From Cyanophora paradoxa CCMP329 (Eukaryota > Plantae > Glaucophyta): DNA of 64,000 bases. The position numbers and the translations under genes were made by a program. Below, piece after piece: positions 49,144 through 62,505 of the stretch. The stretch is from assembly GCA_004431415.1 (NCBI GenBank), contig QPMI01000428.1, positions 62,001 through 126,000 of the forward strand. Reading direction: 5' to 3'. The notes below the pieces were generated by a model, which searched no databases, had not been told where the DNA came from, and worked only from the letters and a program-made list of their open reading frames with translations. Within the stretch, counting starts at the first letter, position 1. The number at the start of each line of letters is the position of its first letter.

Positions 49144-49569
49144 GGCGGCGCCGCGTGTCGCTGCCGGTTGTGCGCTGTCCCTGCTAAGCTACGGGCTTGA
49201 TCCTGCTCAAGCACAGACGGGCGTCGGCGGCCGCTGGCGTGCTTCTTCGCCGGGTTCGCCGGGAACTTCGCCCGCCCGCTGGGGTACGGGCCAAAACTCC
49301 TCAACGTCGTGGGTTTGTCAGCGGCCTCCTGTGCAGCAGCTGGGCAGGTAGCGATTAGCTAAGGGTAATCAGGAGCGCTAAGCGGCAGGCCAAAGCTCTA
49401 TCCCGTCGTTGCTCGATCGACTTCGCACAGGAGGGCCGCGAAAGAATGCATGTGCGCCTCTAAGCGCACGGAGATGTTAGCTACGCCGGTTTCCGACCGC
49501 TTTCTCGCAGCGGACCTCGGCTTCTGTCGCAGACCTCCCGCGGGCCACAGACGCGTACCTGGGTGAGCC

Positions 49570-50994
49570 GTGGTTGTGCACGCTTCCCGGGCAGTTCTGC
49601 TTGTGCTGAGAGCCCGTTCCAGGCGCCGGGGCGGACGACCTGCATATGGCGGGCGGCCGCTCCTCGCCCTTCGCTGGCCCGCCGACAATGCTCTACCGCC
49701 CCTCCCGTGCGCTCTTCCTCTCCGTGGTGACCGGCGCTCTGCCGCGGCACGCCTCACGGCGATGCGCAGAGACGGCCGGCGGGGGCCAGCGGCGGTCTGT
49801 CCCGGAGCAGTTCATCGTGGACGAGGAGGGGATGCGGGACGAGATCCGGGCCCTGGCGCGCCGGGTGCGTATTCGCCCGTTCCCACGCTCCGCGGCGCGC
49901 TGGCGCAGGAGAGGTACCGACGCGGGCGGGGCGAGCAGATGGAGGCGGTGGAGCACGAGAAGGCGGAGCTGCGGGGCCGCATCGCCCGCGCCGAGCGCGA
50001 GCTGCAGCGGCGGGACCGGCAGATCGAGGACCTGCTGGAGGCCCGTACCCCCACGGGCGCGCAGGAGGGTGGCCCCAGGCAGAGCGGCGGCACCGCCCCC
50101 CTCCGCGTCGAGACCTCGGTACGCCCCGCCCTTCCTCGCATTGTCCACCTCCCTCCCGCCCGCCCACGCGCCGGCAGCTGGCGCGGAGCCTGCGGGACCG
50201 CGTGCGGCTGCTCGAGGTGCGCGGGGCGCGCCGGCTGCTGCCGCGCGGGCGCCTGCCGACGCGGGCGGCGGCAGGCGGCGGTGGGGACAAGGAGGCGGAG
50301 ATCTTCCGGGTGAAGAACAGCGCGGAGTACCGGGCGGCGGCGGAGGGCGAGCGGCTGCGGACGCGCCAGCGCGGCGCCGCGGAGGCCCTCGCAGACCTCC
50401 AGGAGCGCGCCCTCCACCTCCGCGTGCGCCCGGAGACGATCCCGCCCGCCCGCCCGCCTTCCTTTCGTCCTAAGGGGCGGCAGGCGGTGAACGAGCGGCT
50501 GCGGGAGCAGAACGCGCGGATGGCGGCGGAGGCGGAGCGGTGGCGGCGGGAGGCGGGCCACGCGGAGGGCGCCCTGGGGCCCTCGAGCGCGAGCTGGCGG
50601 CGCTGCCGGCGGGGAGCGCCGCTCGCTGGCCGAGGCCGGCGAGGAGCTCCAGCGGCTGCGGGAGGCGCTGCGGGCGCGGCAGCGCGAGGCGGCGGCGGCG
50701 GAGGCGGCGGCGCAGCAGTCGCAGCGGGACCGCGCGGCGCGGCTGGCGGGCCTCGAGGAGCGGCTGGCGGCGCGCGGGGCGGCGGTGGCGCGGCTGCAGG
50801 AGGAGCGCGATCGGCTCGAGCGGCTCCTGCGGCTCGAGGAGGGCGCCGTCGGCCGCCACGCGGCGGAGGCCGCCCGCGGCCAGCGCGCCGTCGACGGCCT
50901 CCAGCGCCGCATCTCCGAGCTGTGCGCGCCCTTTGCCGGCCGGGCGAGCTCTGTGTGCGCGCGCTTGCCTGACTCGCCCCGCAGGAGCGGCTGA
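49570..50994 (+). CDS. Coiled-coil protein, IQCE-like N-terminal region (multi-exon; start uncertain)
   Basis: DEEGMRDEI...LRGRIARAERELQRRDRQIEDLL...SLRDRVRLLE, followed by long heptad E/R/A-rich exons. Confidence 0.5.
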
Positions 50995-51234
50995 GCTCGC
51001 GGCGCGGGCGGGCGCGGCCGGTGTTTCAAGCGTAGAGTGCGGAGTGTAGGTGGGGGCCGGCGCGCTCGTGTTCGGAATGGCAAATCACTCGTCTGCTGGT
51101 TGGGGCCAGCGTACGCGCGGCATGCACGACGAACAGGGGCGCGCGCGTGCATATGCTTACCGATGCACGCAAGTGCGCATCATGCATGGATACAGCCGGG
51201 CGTCTGCAGAGTGCCGGCGGCGCTAGCGCGGCGC

Positions 51235-52974
51235 CTATCGCCGCGGGGAGCGCCGGTCGGCGTCGCGTCCTCCCCGACCACGGTCCCGCTCGCGGCTGTC
51301 GCGTCTCCGCTCCCTCTCCCGATCGCGGCTCGAGCTCCTGCGCCGCGCGGTCAGCCACGGGCCAGCCACGAAGGGCTGAGAAAGGCCCGCGGACCGTCGC
51401 CTCTGGCCCCGCTCGCGGCTGCGGCTGCGGCTCCGGCTGCGGCTGCGCGAGTCCCGCCCGCGCTTCCGCCGCCCGGGGCTGCGGCTGCGGCTGCGGCTGC
51501 GGTCCCGGCTCCTCCCGCCCTGGTCGCCGGAGCGGCCCCCGGCCCCGAGTCCCGCTCCCGCCCCCGCTCCTGCTCCCGCGGCGGCCCTTCGCGGCCCCTG
51601 CGCCGAATGAGCTTCCGGGGGGAGGGGCCGGCGGCGGGGCGCGCACGGTTCTGGCCGCGCGGGACCCGCCGGCGGCCGCGCGGGCCCGGCAGGAGGCCGG
51701 TCGTCGCGACGCGTGGGCGGGGGCGGCGGGGGCGGCATGGCAGTCCGCTTGGCGCCGCGGTCCGACGCGTCGCTCTCGCTGCCGCTCCCGGAGCCCGAGG
51801 ACTCGTCGCCCTTCTCCTTCCGCTTGTCCCGCTTGTCCTTCTTCTTCAGGAAGGGCGCCGCCTCCTCCTGCGCCCGCCCCCGCCCCGCCCCGTCCGTGAG
51901 CCTTCGCCGCGCGTCCCGGCCCGGCCGGCCCGGCGCGCCTCCTCGCGCTTCATGCGCTCCTCGAGCTCGAGCAGCTTCTCCTCGGCGTTCATGTCGCCCT
52001 CCTTCGCCAGCTTCTTCAGCTGCTTCCGCTGCTTCTTCAGCACCTTCCGCTTCCGCTTGTACGCCCGCCGCAGCTCCTTCGCCTTCGCCTGCGCACCCGC
52101 CGCTTGGCCTCCGCCCCCGCCCCCGCCCCCGGCAGAAAGGACACGGCCAGCGCCCCAGACACACGCGCGCACCTTGTCCATCTCCTCCGAGGCCGCCTGC
52201 ATGGCCCCCATCGCCTCCGCCCGGCCCTCCGCTGCCGCCGCCGGTCAGCGGCCGGCGGCGCGGCGACGGGGACGGGGGCGGGGCCGGGACGGCCGGCGCA
52301 CTCGGGGGCGGGCCGCCCTGGTACATGTCGTGGCCCCAGCGGCCCTCGGCGTCGGGGCCCGGCCGGCTCTCGTCCCCTTCCTCCTCCTTCGGCTTCCTGT
52401 AGTTGCTGCAGTGGTCCACGCGCAGCGTGCGGCCCACGAGCTGCGCCCCGCGCGTCAGCTTCCGCCCGCCCCGCGCGGCGCGCGCGGGGCGGTCGGCGCG
52501 CCTTGAAGCCGTTGAGGTTGTCGACGGCGAGGATCGTGCTCCGCTGGTCCTCGTACTTTAGGAAGGCGAAGCCGCGCGACTTGCCCGTGCCCTTGTCGCG
52601 GATCAGGTTGCAATCCACGATCTCACCGTACCTGCGCGGCGGGCATCGGCCCCTGCAGCCCGCGGCTTGGTGCAGGCGGCGCACTCCGAGAAGACGGCGA
52701 GGACATCGCCCTCGTTGAGCTCGAAGGAAAGACCGCCCACGTAAATGTACTGCAGGCCGGAGCGAGCGTCAGCGGAGGCGAGGGGCGTGCCGCTGGAGCG
52801 TTCGCGGGAGGGCGGACCGCGGAGTCCTTGTACTTCGCGTGCCAGGACGCGTCGTCCGAGAGGCCAAGCGCCGCCTCTCGGGCGTTGATCTTCGCTTGCG
52901 GCGTCAGGCGGTTCGCAGCGAGCGCCCGGCGGACCGGGCGGGCCGACCTTGGCAATCTCGCGGACGACGTTCAT
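51235..52974 (-). CDS. RBMX2: RES-complex RRM protein RBMX2/Snu17 with an RS-rich tail
   Basis: [11 protein letters not shown]...[17 protein letters not shown]...[41 protein letters not shown]...RTLRVDH. Confidence 0.95.
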
Positions 52975-53393
52975 TGTCGGCCGCGCTGATCTCCTTTCGT
53001 GAGCAGCGAGGCCAGTGCGAGCGTAGAGAAGAAGCCGGGTGGGGGGTTCGTTTCCAGACGGGTACGGGCGTTCGGGCTTGGTGGGAACAGGACGCAATGG
53101 CGCCCGGCGGAAATCGCCTGCCGGTGCGTCGCCGCTCTCTATGCCAGCATTTGCGTGCCGGCTGGGTTGGGGCAGCCGGGCCTATCCACTTTTGTTCAAC
53201 GGCGCCGTCGGCGTTTCCGACGCAACTCCTTCGCTGCAGTCGACGCATGTGCCTGCCTAGCCTAGAGTCCGCTCGTCGCCGCTGCCGTCCCGTCCGCCGT
53301 CCCCGGTCTAATCCCTTCACTTGGCGCCGGCGACCGCCGGGCCGCGAACGCGACGGTGACGGATCTAGTTGCGTAGAACAGAACCACCAGACG

Positions 53394-56300
53394 ATGTCAC
53401 CGGCCATATCGGCGCCCGCCTCGATTCACAGAGCTGTGCCGCCAGCCGCGCCTGCAGATAAGACATAGCGCCCGTCGCTGCCGGGCGCCGCTCGATTTTT
53501 AGACGATCCAGCGGCTCTCTCATGTGCGTTCATCACCGCTGATTCGACTGCCGTTCGCAGTTCTCGCGGGTTTGGCTCCGCGAGGTCGAGGTCCGCTCCC
53601 TCCGTGAGTGCAGCGTCCCTCGTCGCCCCTGAACGAGGCCGCCGCAGGATGACTCGGCCGACGCGAAGAAAGAGCGCGAGCGCTTGGCGGAGCAGTCGAA
53701 GCGGCAGCTGGAGGCTGTCGCCGATGGGAAGGAGGTCCAGCAGGCGGTCCTCACGAACGAAGTGCGCCCCGCCCCGCGCCCCGCTGCCGCCGTCGGTGCC
53801 GAGCCGCGGCCGAGCGCAGACCGTCAAGCGCCGCAAGCGCATCATCATGAGCGAGCAGAAGCTGCCGGCGACGTACCAGTGCTTCACGAAGGGCTTCTAC
53901 GTGCGCGGGTTCCTTTTCCCTCCTTTGCGCGGGCCCGAGCCGCGCCGCAGAACATCCAGGTGACCGTGCACGAGGCACGGGATCTCCAGCCTGCGGACCG
54001 CGACGGGACCTCGGACCCCTACGTCGGTGCGGCCCGCCGGGGGCCCCGCCCGCTGACGGGCGGCCGGGCCGTGGCTGACGGGGGACGGCGGCGGCGGGGC
54101 CGGGGGGCGCGCAGAGGTGGCGATCCACAACAAGCAGCGGCAGAAGACGGCGGTGCGGCAGTCGACGCTGAACACGATCTGGGACGAGCTGCTGGTGTAC
54201 GACCACATCGAGGTGGACGAGCCGCAGGAGCTCGAGCGCGGCAAGATCAAGATCTTCGTCAAGGACAAGGACTCGATCGGCACCGACGTCGACATCGGTC
54301 CGCCCGCGCCGGCTTCGCGCCGCTCCGCTCCGCTGCTCGCGCCGGGGGCCCCCGCCGACGTGGCTGGCGGCGTGCGCAGGCGCGTGCGACATCGACATCT
54401 CATACGTCTACCGGCAGCCCAAGCACCTCATCTGCCAGCGCTGGTCCGCCCCCTCTCTTGGGGCGCCGCCAAGGCGGGGCCTCGAGCGCGGGGCGGGGGC
54501 CGGGGCGCAGGATCCCGCTGGTGGACCCGAACGCGTACACGGCGCGCATCCAGGGCTGGCTCAAGGTCTCCTGCGCCATCATGGGGCCCGGCGACCCCCA
54601 GCAGATCGGCCCGCCCCCGCCCCCGCCCCCGCCCTTCCTCGCCCCCGCCCGCCCCTGACGACGACGACGGCGCCCGCAGACGTCTCGCCGGCCCAGACGG
54701 ACGTGAACGACCTGGGCAACGGGTACTACCTGTGGCGCAGCCCCAAGCCCCCCAAGAACTTCTCCTGCTACCTGTGCGCCCCCGCGTGTACCCCCCTCCC
54801 TCCCCCACCCCCCGGGCCCAGCGGGGCGGCCGCGGCGCCGCGCAGGCTCCGCGTGAACATCGCGAAGGCGGAGTACCTCCCCCAGATGGACTTCTGTGCG
54901 CCCCGCCCCGCCCCGCCCCGCCCCGCCCCGCCGGCCGCGCATCCCGGCCGCCGACGCGACGCGCCCCGCCGGCAGCCTTCACGACGCGCCCCAAGGACTC
55001 CGTCGACGCCTTCGTCCGAGTCTCCTTCGGTGCGCCGGCCTGGCGCTTCCGGGGGGCTGGCGATGCGTGGCCCGGAGCGGGGCGCGACGCGGTGGCCGGC
55101 AGGGGGCGTGGCGAACCGCAAGACGGCGGTCGTCTCGAGCTGCAACCCGGTGTGGAACACGACCATCACGATCCCCGTGCTCTACCCCTCCATCCAGACC
55201 GACAACGTCTCCATCTGTGCGCGCCCCGCGCCCGGCCCGCGCCCGGCGGGGAGGGCGGCGGGGCGCGCTGAGGCGCCGCCGCGGCAGACGTGATGGACCA
55301 CGACGTGACGTCGGAGGACGACATCGTGGCGACCGTCTCCCCCTCGATCTCCTTCCGCGAGCTCCACCACAACGTCGTCAAGCACAAGAAGCCCGCCCCC
55401 TACGCCCTCTCCTGGATCAACCGTGCGGCCCCGCCCGCCCGCCCCGCCCCGCCCCGCCTCTGCGTCGTCGTCGTCGCTGAGGCGCGCGGGGCGGGGCGCG
55501 GGGGGCGGCAGTGTACGGGGCGCCGCCGGACCGGACGCTGACGCTGCAGGGGGCGCTCGAGAAGATGAAGGCGCTCGCCCGCTCCGGCGTCTCCCGCGTC
55601 AAGGACGAGCACGAGATCCTCGCCGAGCGCATGGCGCGCCCCGCCTCCCGCCCGCGCCCGCCGGCCCCGCCCGCGCCTGATCGTGGGGCGGGGCAGAACG
55701 AGGGGCACGTGCCGGGGTCGTACTACCGGGGCCGGCTGCTGATGCGGGCGTACGTGGAGGGCCCGGTGGAGAACCACGAGCGCCTCACCGAGGCCGAGCT
55801 CGAGAACGCCCCCTTCTACATGCAGGGCGACGACGCCCTCGTCCGCCCCCCCGCCCCCGGCCCCGCCCCCGCCCCCGCCCCTTCCGACGGGCGCCGCGCG
55901 TGCCGCGCCGGACCGCAGCCGCCGCCGGCGCGGGACTACGTGCTGCGCTTCGACTGCTTCGAGTCGGCCTTCGTGGGCGGGCGCTCCGACTACCTCTGCG
56001 TGGAGGTCACGGTGGGGCCCTGGAGCGAGTTCTCCCGCCCCGCCCCCGCCCGGGCGGGGCGCGCCGAGTGGAACAGCTTCTTCCGCCGCCGCCTCGAGCT
56101 CCCCGAGTCCCCCGAGGAGATCCCCGACGTGCGCCCGCCCGGCCGACGCCCGACGCCCCTCGCGCCCTCCCTCCGCTTCAGCGAACCTGACGGGGGCGCC
56201 CGCCGGCCCGCCCGCTGGCCCTCGGCGCAGGTCTTCGTGAACGTGTACGCGGCGCAGGCGGACGGGACGCTGGGCCCCCGCCTCGCGTACCGCCGCATCG

Positions 56301-59300
56301 TCGCCCGCGAGCTCTTCCCCGACCGCGCGGGGGCCGCCCCCGGCCAGCAGCAGCCGAGCGCGCTGCGGGCCCTCTTCCTCGGCTCGGCCGTCACCGAGAA
56401 CCTCGACTCGGCGGGGCGCGCGCAGGGCACGTGGGCGCCGCTGCGCCGCGACACCTACTCGGGCGGCCTCCACGACGAGGAGTGGGCCGGCTTCCTCCAC
56501 TTCGCCATCCAGCTGACCCCGGCCGCCGGCACCGCCGGCCTCGACGGCCTCGAGGAGTCCGACGCCGCCTCCATCTACTCCACCGTGCGCGGGGCGGAGC
56601 GGGGCGGGGCGGGGCGGGGCACGGCCGGGGCTCGTCCGATCCGGGCGCAGGCGGCGGGGAAGATCGAGGCGATGCCGGAGTGGCGGCCGACGGTGGACCT
56701 CCGCTCGGCGCTGGAGCTGCAGGCGATGCTCCCGCGCGGCCGCCAGAAGCTCTTCCGCGAGGCCAAGGCCTTCGAGAGCCTCGCCCGCGTCCCCAAGGTC
56801 CAGCACGACGTCGTCGCGTGCGTGTACCCCCCCCTCCTACGGCGGATCGGATCCGGGCTCAAGCCGCGGGCAGGTACATCTACGGGGCGAGCCGGCTGGA
56901 CTGCGCGGACGAGAACGGCCTCGCGGACCCCTACGTCGAGCTGATGGTCGGAAACGTGAGCGACACGACGCACGCGGAGAGCAACACGCTGTACCCCACC
57001 TGGAACAAGGAGATCAAGTTCTGCCTCGACCTCCCCGACGCCGACCAGGCGCCCGCCGCCGGGCACGGCTCGATGCTCGTGCAGCCGCCGCTCTGGCCCC
57101 TCTGCTGCTTCCGCGTGTGGGACAAGGACAAGCTGGCGCGGGACCAGTTCATGGGCCACTGCTTCTTCCCGCTGCCGCCCCGCGGCACCGACAACGCGCC
57201 CTTCCCCGAGGCCTTCCCCCTCTACAAGGAGAACCCCAGCTCCACGCACGGCCAGATCTACGCCGTTATCCAGGCGAGAGGCGCCCCCCGCCGCGGGGCG
57301 CCGGCCCCGGCGCTGACGCTGCAGCTGACGCCCCTTCCGCCCCCGCAGGTGGTGAAGGCGGGGGTGCCGCGGGGGATCCAGCCGAGGTTCCTGGACACGC
57401 AGCTGATGCCGTGCCGGCTGACCTTCGACCTGCTCGGCCTGCGGGGCATGCCCGTCCTCACGACGGCGCTCTCGCGCGCCGTGGGCGCCCTCGTCCCGCA
57501 GACCTTCGTCATCGACATGAAGCTCGGCAGCCGCCGCTGCTCCGTCGAGTGGCCCCCGAAGGAGCTCAGCGCGGCCGCCGGCCAGCGCGCCGCCCTCGCC
57601 GCCCCGCGCGGCTTCGGCGTCTACAACCGCCTCCTCGCCACGGACCAGGAGCGCAACACGGACTCGCCGAACATCGTCCAGGCCGTCTACATGGACGTCA
57701 TGCTGCCCCCGTACCCCCCGATCGCCGGCGCGCTCGTGGTCCGCGTCAAGTCGGTGCGCGCGGACATCCGCACGACGGTCGGGCAGGTCACCGTACCCCT
57801 CGCCAACCTGTACGCCCACGCGCTCAAGGCCCCGCCCCTCTCGCCGGCCCCCGCCCTCGCCGTCGGCAGCCTCCCCGCCGTCGCCGGCTCCCCCGCCGAC
57901 CCCGCGGCCGCGTCGGCGTACCCCGCGATCTACAGCAGCGTCGAGTCGACGGCGACGGGCGTGGGCGACGCGTGGTTCGGCCAGCAGCAGCAGCAGCAGC
58001 CGGGCGTCCAGATGCAGATCAACAGCAGCGCCTTCCTGCCCAACCCGAGCGCCCGCGCGCCGCTCATCCCCGCCGGGGCCCCCGACAGCGCGGCCTCCCC
58101 TCCGGGCTCGCCGGAGCAGGTCCGCTCGCGCGGCATGGGCAAGATCTCGAGGCTGCTGCGCCGCGAGGCGGAGACGGGCGCCGGCGCCATCGCCGCCGCG
58201 CTGCCGCCGATGCCCGGCACGAAGCCGGACTACCAGACGCGCATCGTGGGCGGGACGGGCCTCTTCGGGGTCTCGACGGGCCCGCTCTCGGGGGCCCGCG
58301 AGGCGAAGCGCACGGCCTCGGGCGCCTGGATGGACTGGGACGAGTTCGACCTCGTGCGCACGCGCCCCGCCGCCCCCGCCGCCCCCTCCCCCGCCCCCGC
58401 CCCCGCCCCCGCCCCCGCCGGACGGCTCTGAGGCGGGCGCGCAGGACTTCCTGCGCCACCGGCCCCTCTTCGACTGCGAGCTCGAGGTCTACATCGCCGA
58501 CGGTGCGCGAGGGGCCCGGGCCCGGGGCCGGGGCCGCGCCCCCCGCCGGGCCCCCTTTCCCCCGAAAGCCTCACCGCGGCATCGGGCGTGCAGTGCCGTT
58601 CGACACGTTCAACCTGACGAAGGGCTCCTCGCGCTTCCGCATCCCCTTCCTCAAGGCGACCGACATGGGCGAGGAGATGGGCCGCATCAAGGGCCGCCTC
58701 ACCCTCCACACCCTCGCCCCCCACGCCGCCCAGGCCGCCCAGGCCGCCCACGCCCAGACCGCCTCCGCGGCCGCCGCCGGCGGCTCCAGCCGCGGCGGGC
58801 CCGTGCAGACGGCGCAGAGCAAGCTGCCGGAGGCGCTGGCGGCCGTGGAGGACGGGGCGCGGCAGCGGGACGCCCTGGACCTGCCCGAGGTCCCCGGGGG
58901 CCGCCGCAGCGGCGTGCCGAGCCTCGTGCGGCTGGAGCGCGTCGTCGTGCGCGTCTACGTGCTGCGCGGCCTCAACCTGCCGCCCCGCGACCTCGGCGGC
59001 TCGAGCGACCCCTACCTCGTCTTCTCCCTCGGCGAGCAGAAGTCCCGCCGCAAGGAGCACAGGAAGGTGCGGCGGGCGGGGGGCGGCGCGGCCCCTCTCT
59101 CTTTCCTGCGGGGCGCGCGGGGGAGCGAGGGGCTGACCCCCGCCCCCCGCCCCGCCCCGCCGCAGACGAAGACGCTGCAGCCGATGTTCTACGACTTCTA
59201 CGAGACGCAGACGACGCTGCCGGGGGCGAGCCTGCTCAAGGTGGAGGTGTGGGACTACGACACGGCCGACAAGGACGACTTCATCGGGGAGACGGTGATC

Positions 59301-60980
59301 GACCTCGAGAACCGCTGGTACTCCCGCACCTGGCGCAACAACCTCTGCCACCACGCCCTACCCGCCGCCGCCCCGGCCGCCGCCGGCGCCGGCGGCGCGG
59401 GGGCCGAGGCCGGGAGCGGGGCGGTGTCGCCGCGGACGGAGGCGGCGCTGCGGCGGGGGCGGCCGACGCGGGCGCCGGTGGAGCGGCGGACGCTGTTCGA
59501 CCCCGTGCGCAAGTCGGCGATGGGCAAGCTGGAGATGATCGTCGAGATCCTCACCGTCGAGGAGGCCTCCCGCATCCCCGCCGAGAAAGTCATCGTGCGT
59601 CCTTCCCCCGCCCGCCCGCCGCTCTCTTCCCCCGCCCGCCCGCTGAGCTGAGCGGGCGCCGCCTCGGCCGCGGCCCCGGCAGTCGCCGGCGAACGAGTTC
59701 GAGATGCGGGTGGTGGTCTGGGGCGCCCGCAAGATGGTCTCCAAGGACCCCGTCACGAAGATGAACGACCTCTGCGTCACGGGCGTCCTCGAGGCCGGCA
59801 ACGGCGTGGAGCCGCAGTCGCAGGAGACGGACACGCACCTGCGCGCCAAGGACGGCAAGGGCTCCTTCAACTGGCGGATGGTCTACCAGCTGAGCCTGCC
59901 GATCGCGGCGCCCGTCTTCAAGGTGCAGGCGTGGGACGTCGACCTCGTCGGCCGCGACTCGATCGGCGAGTCCGTCATCGACCTCTCCCCGCTCTGCAAG
60001 TGCGCCCCGCTTTGTCCCCCCCCGCCCCGCCCGTGCCCCGCGCCCCGCCCTGCCCGCGGCCGTCCTGACGCGGGGCGGGGGCCCGGGGGGTGGCAGGGAC
60101 GCGCTGCGGCTGCGGCGGGAGCTGATCAACAACGGGGAGTGCTGCTCGATGATCCGCCGCTGGCTGCCCCTCTACCACCCCACCAAGCCCGGCGCGCTCC
60201 AGGGCGAGGTCGAGATCCAGCTCGACCTCTGGCCCAAGGAGGTCGCCGCCCGCCGCGCCGTGCGCCCCCCCGCCCCCGGCCCCCGCCGCCCCGCCGCCCC
60301 CGCCCGCGCCCGAGCGAGCGCGCGCGCCGCCGGCCGCAGTCGGGAACAAGCGCGAGGAGCCGAACCGTTACCCGTCCTCCCGCCCCGGAGCGCGAGAAGC
60401 TGGCGCGCCCCGCCCGCCCCGCCCGCCCCGCCCCGCCCCGCCCGACTCGGCGCCGCTGACCGGGGCGGGGCGGGGCGCCACGCAGGAGCTGCTGCGGCCG
60501 GACCTCATGCTCCAGCAGGTCCTCGGGCCGACATGTGCCGCAAGTTCGGTCCGCCCCCGCGCCCCGCCCCGCCCCGCCCCGCCCGCCCCGCCCCGCCCGC
60601 GCCCCTCCCGACGAGCCGCGCGCCCCGCCCCGCCCCGCCCCGCCCGCAGGCGCCGTCGTCTGCGTCGGCGCGTTCGTGGTCCGCCCGCCCGCCCGCCCGC
60701 CCGCCCGCCCGCCCGTCCCCTTGCGCTCCGCGCCCCTGACGCCGCCGGCCCGCCCCGCAGATCTGCCTCGTCTTCATGCTGCCCAGTGCCGCCCCGCCCC
60801 GCCCCGCCCCGCCCCGTCCCCAGCCCTTGCCTGAACGCGCCCCGCCCCGCCCGCGCCGCCTGCAGTGATCTTCTCGGTGCGCCCCGGCGCACGCCCCTCC
60901 CGCCCTGCCGCCGCTCGGCGCCGGCTCACGCGGGCCGCCCCCCGCAGAACGTCATCGTCGCGTTCATCAAGCCGGGCTGA
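53394..60980 (+). CDS. Ferlin-family multi-C2-domain tail-anchored protein (more than 20 exons; start uncertain)
   Basis: C2 motifs VHEARDLQPADRDGTSDPY, IQGWLKVSCAIMGPGD, YRGRLL, ADENGLADPY, VRVYVLRGLNLPPRDLGGSSDPY, FIGETVIDLENRW, QETDTH...GSFNWR and GNKREEPN, then a C-terminal hydrophobic segment. Confidence 0.9.
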
Positions 60981-61314
60981 TCCGCCCGCGCCCCGCGCTG
61001 CCCGCGCCGCGCCCCGGATCCGCGGCGCCCAGTGTATGCAATGCAGTGTACTGTGTTTCAATTGCAGTTTCAGCTTTCCATCCAAATCTCTCCGGGGGAG
61101 GCGGCGCATTGAGGCAGCCGCGAGTGCAATGGCATGGCCATGGGGGTCTCGGGGAGCGGTGCGCGCGGGCGGGGCGAGCGGGGGCCTGGCTCTCAAGCCT
61201 TCGGCTTCGAAGCAGCGCTCGCCGAAACGTATCGAGCGTGCGCCGCCGCGTCCTGTGCAGTGCGCCACCGCCGGCCGCTGCTGCAATCTACGGGCGCTGC
61301 AGCTGGCCGCTGGT

Positions 61315-62437
61315 TGAACCGCCGACGTCACTTGGATGTGCCGTCCCGACTCGCCTCACCCACGGCCTTCACGAGCGCGGCCCTCGCCGCATCGCGCTCC
61401 TCCGGCGTGTACAGCGCGAGGTCCAGAGGGCCCGGGGCCAGCACGTCGGCAACCTCCTCCACCTGCGACTTCATCGTCTCACTGCGGCGGCGGCGAATGA
61501 GACCTCAAAGAGAGAGCTGCGTGCTGCAGGGCACGCACACGAACGCCATCGAGGGCGAGGGGTTGGGCCGGCGGACGGCACGGAGGAGGGAAGCGACGGC
61601 GGACTCAGCGCGGGCGACCCCGCACTCGCCGACCGCCTTGGCAACCATCCGGAACGCCTCGGCGTTCATTGCCGCTGGCAGGCGAACACCCTGGGCGAGT
61701 TCGCAAAGCTGAGAACGAAGGCTTGACACAGTACCCCAACAACGACCGGCTTCGCCGGCCTGTTAGCAGCCTCGCAGCGTGGCGAATCTGTCATTGAACT
61801 CGGCCTGAACGTGTACACGACAGGCGGGCGGTACGCTCGTCAACGCCGACCGCAAAGCCCGACTCTCCAAGCTGCAGTCGGGCACACAGAACCTCGATGC
61901 AGCCAGGCCAGTATGTTTGGGCGAAGACTGCTGGTTTTCCGCATTGGCCCGCCCAGGTGCGCCTCGAGCATTTTGGCCGTCGGGTTTCGAACGGCGTTCG
62001 GCCCATTTATCTTCTCTCAACACATTGCATTTGATGGATTAGTCGAAGCTGAGATGAGGCCGGGGCGGCCTTGCTGGCTTCCAGCATTTGATCTCCCCAT
62101 TTTGAAGAGATAAGCCTAATGTGGGGCTCTCGAGGCTCCGTTTGGGCTTCGGGGTAGAAGGAGAGTGTTTTGGAGACATTTTGTGTTGGTTTCGTGGGCG
62201 AGCGCAGCTCGGTGGGACTCCCCAGCTAACTTCGCACTCAACAATCCTCGCCCGCGTCAGGTCGTGTCCAGTTCGGAGATTCCGAAAGATGTAGTCAAGA
62301 AGAAGAAGGATGGGCAACTTTGCGTGCGATACGTGTGAGTCCCGTTCCTCGCACCCTGACTGTCGCTGGTGCTGATGCGCTGCGAGCAGCATGGAGGGCA
62401 CCGAGACTTTGTAAGCACCGGCCCAATTAGCTATCAT
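61315..62437 (-). CDS. Hypothetical multi-exon protein
   Basis: Coding-like pieces (LCELAQGVRLPAAMNAEAFRMVAKAV; VEEVADVLAPGPLDLALY). No family recognised; limits uncertain. Confidence 0.25.
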
Positions 62438-62505
62438 GCGTTCGCTCGCTGACGCACTCTGCGCAGCGGCTGGTTCCCGCCGGCGCAGCTCTTCGATTTC
62501 CAGGA

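Noticed and set aside
9000-61000. Hundreds of overlapping R/P/G/A-rich ORFs in the track
   Set aside because: These are shadow frames and intron read-through expected at very high GC; only spliced models with family motifs were kept.
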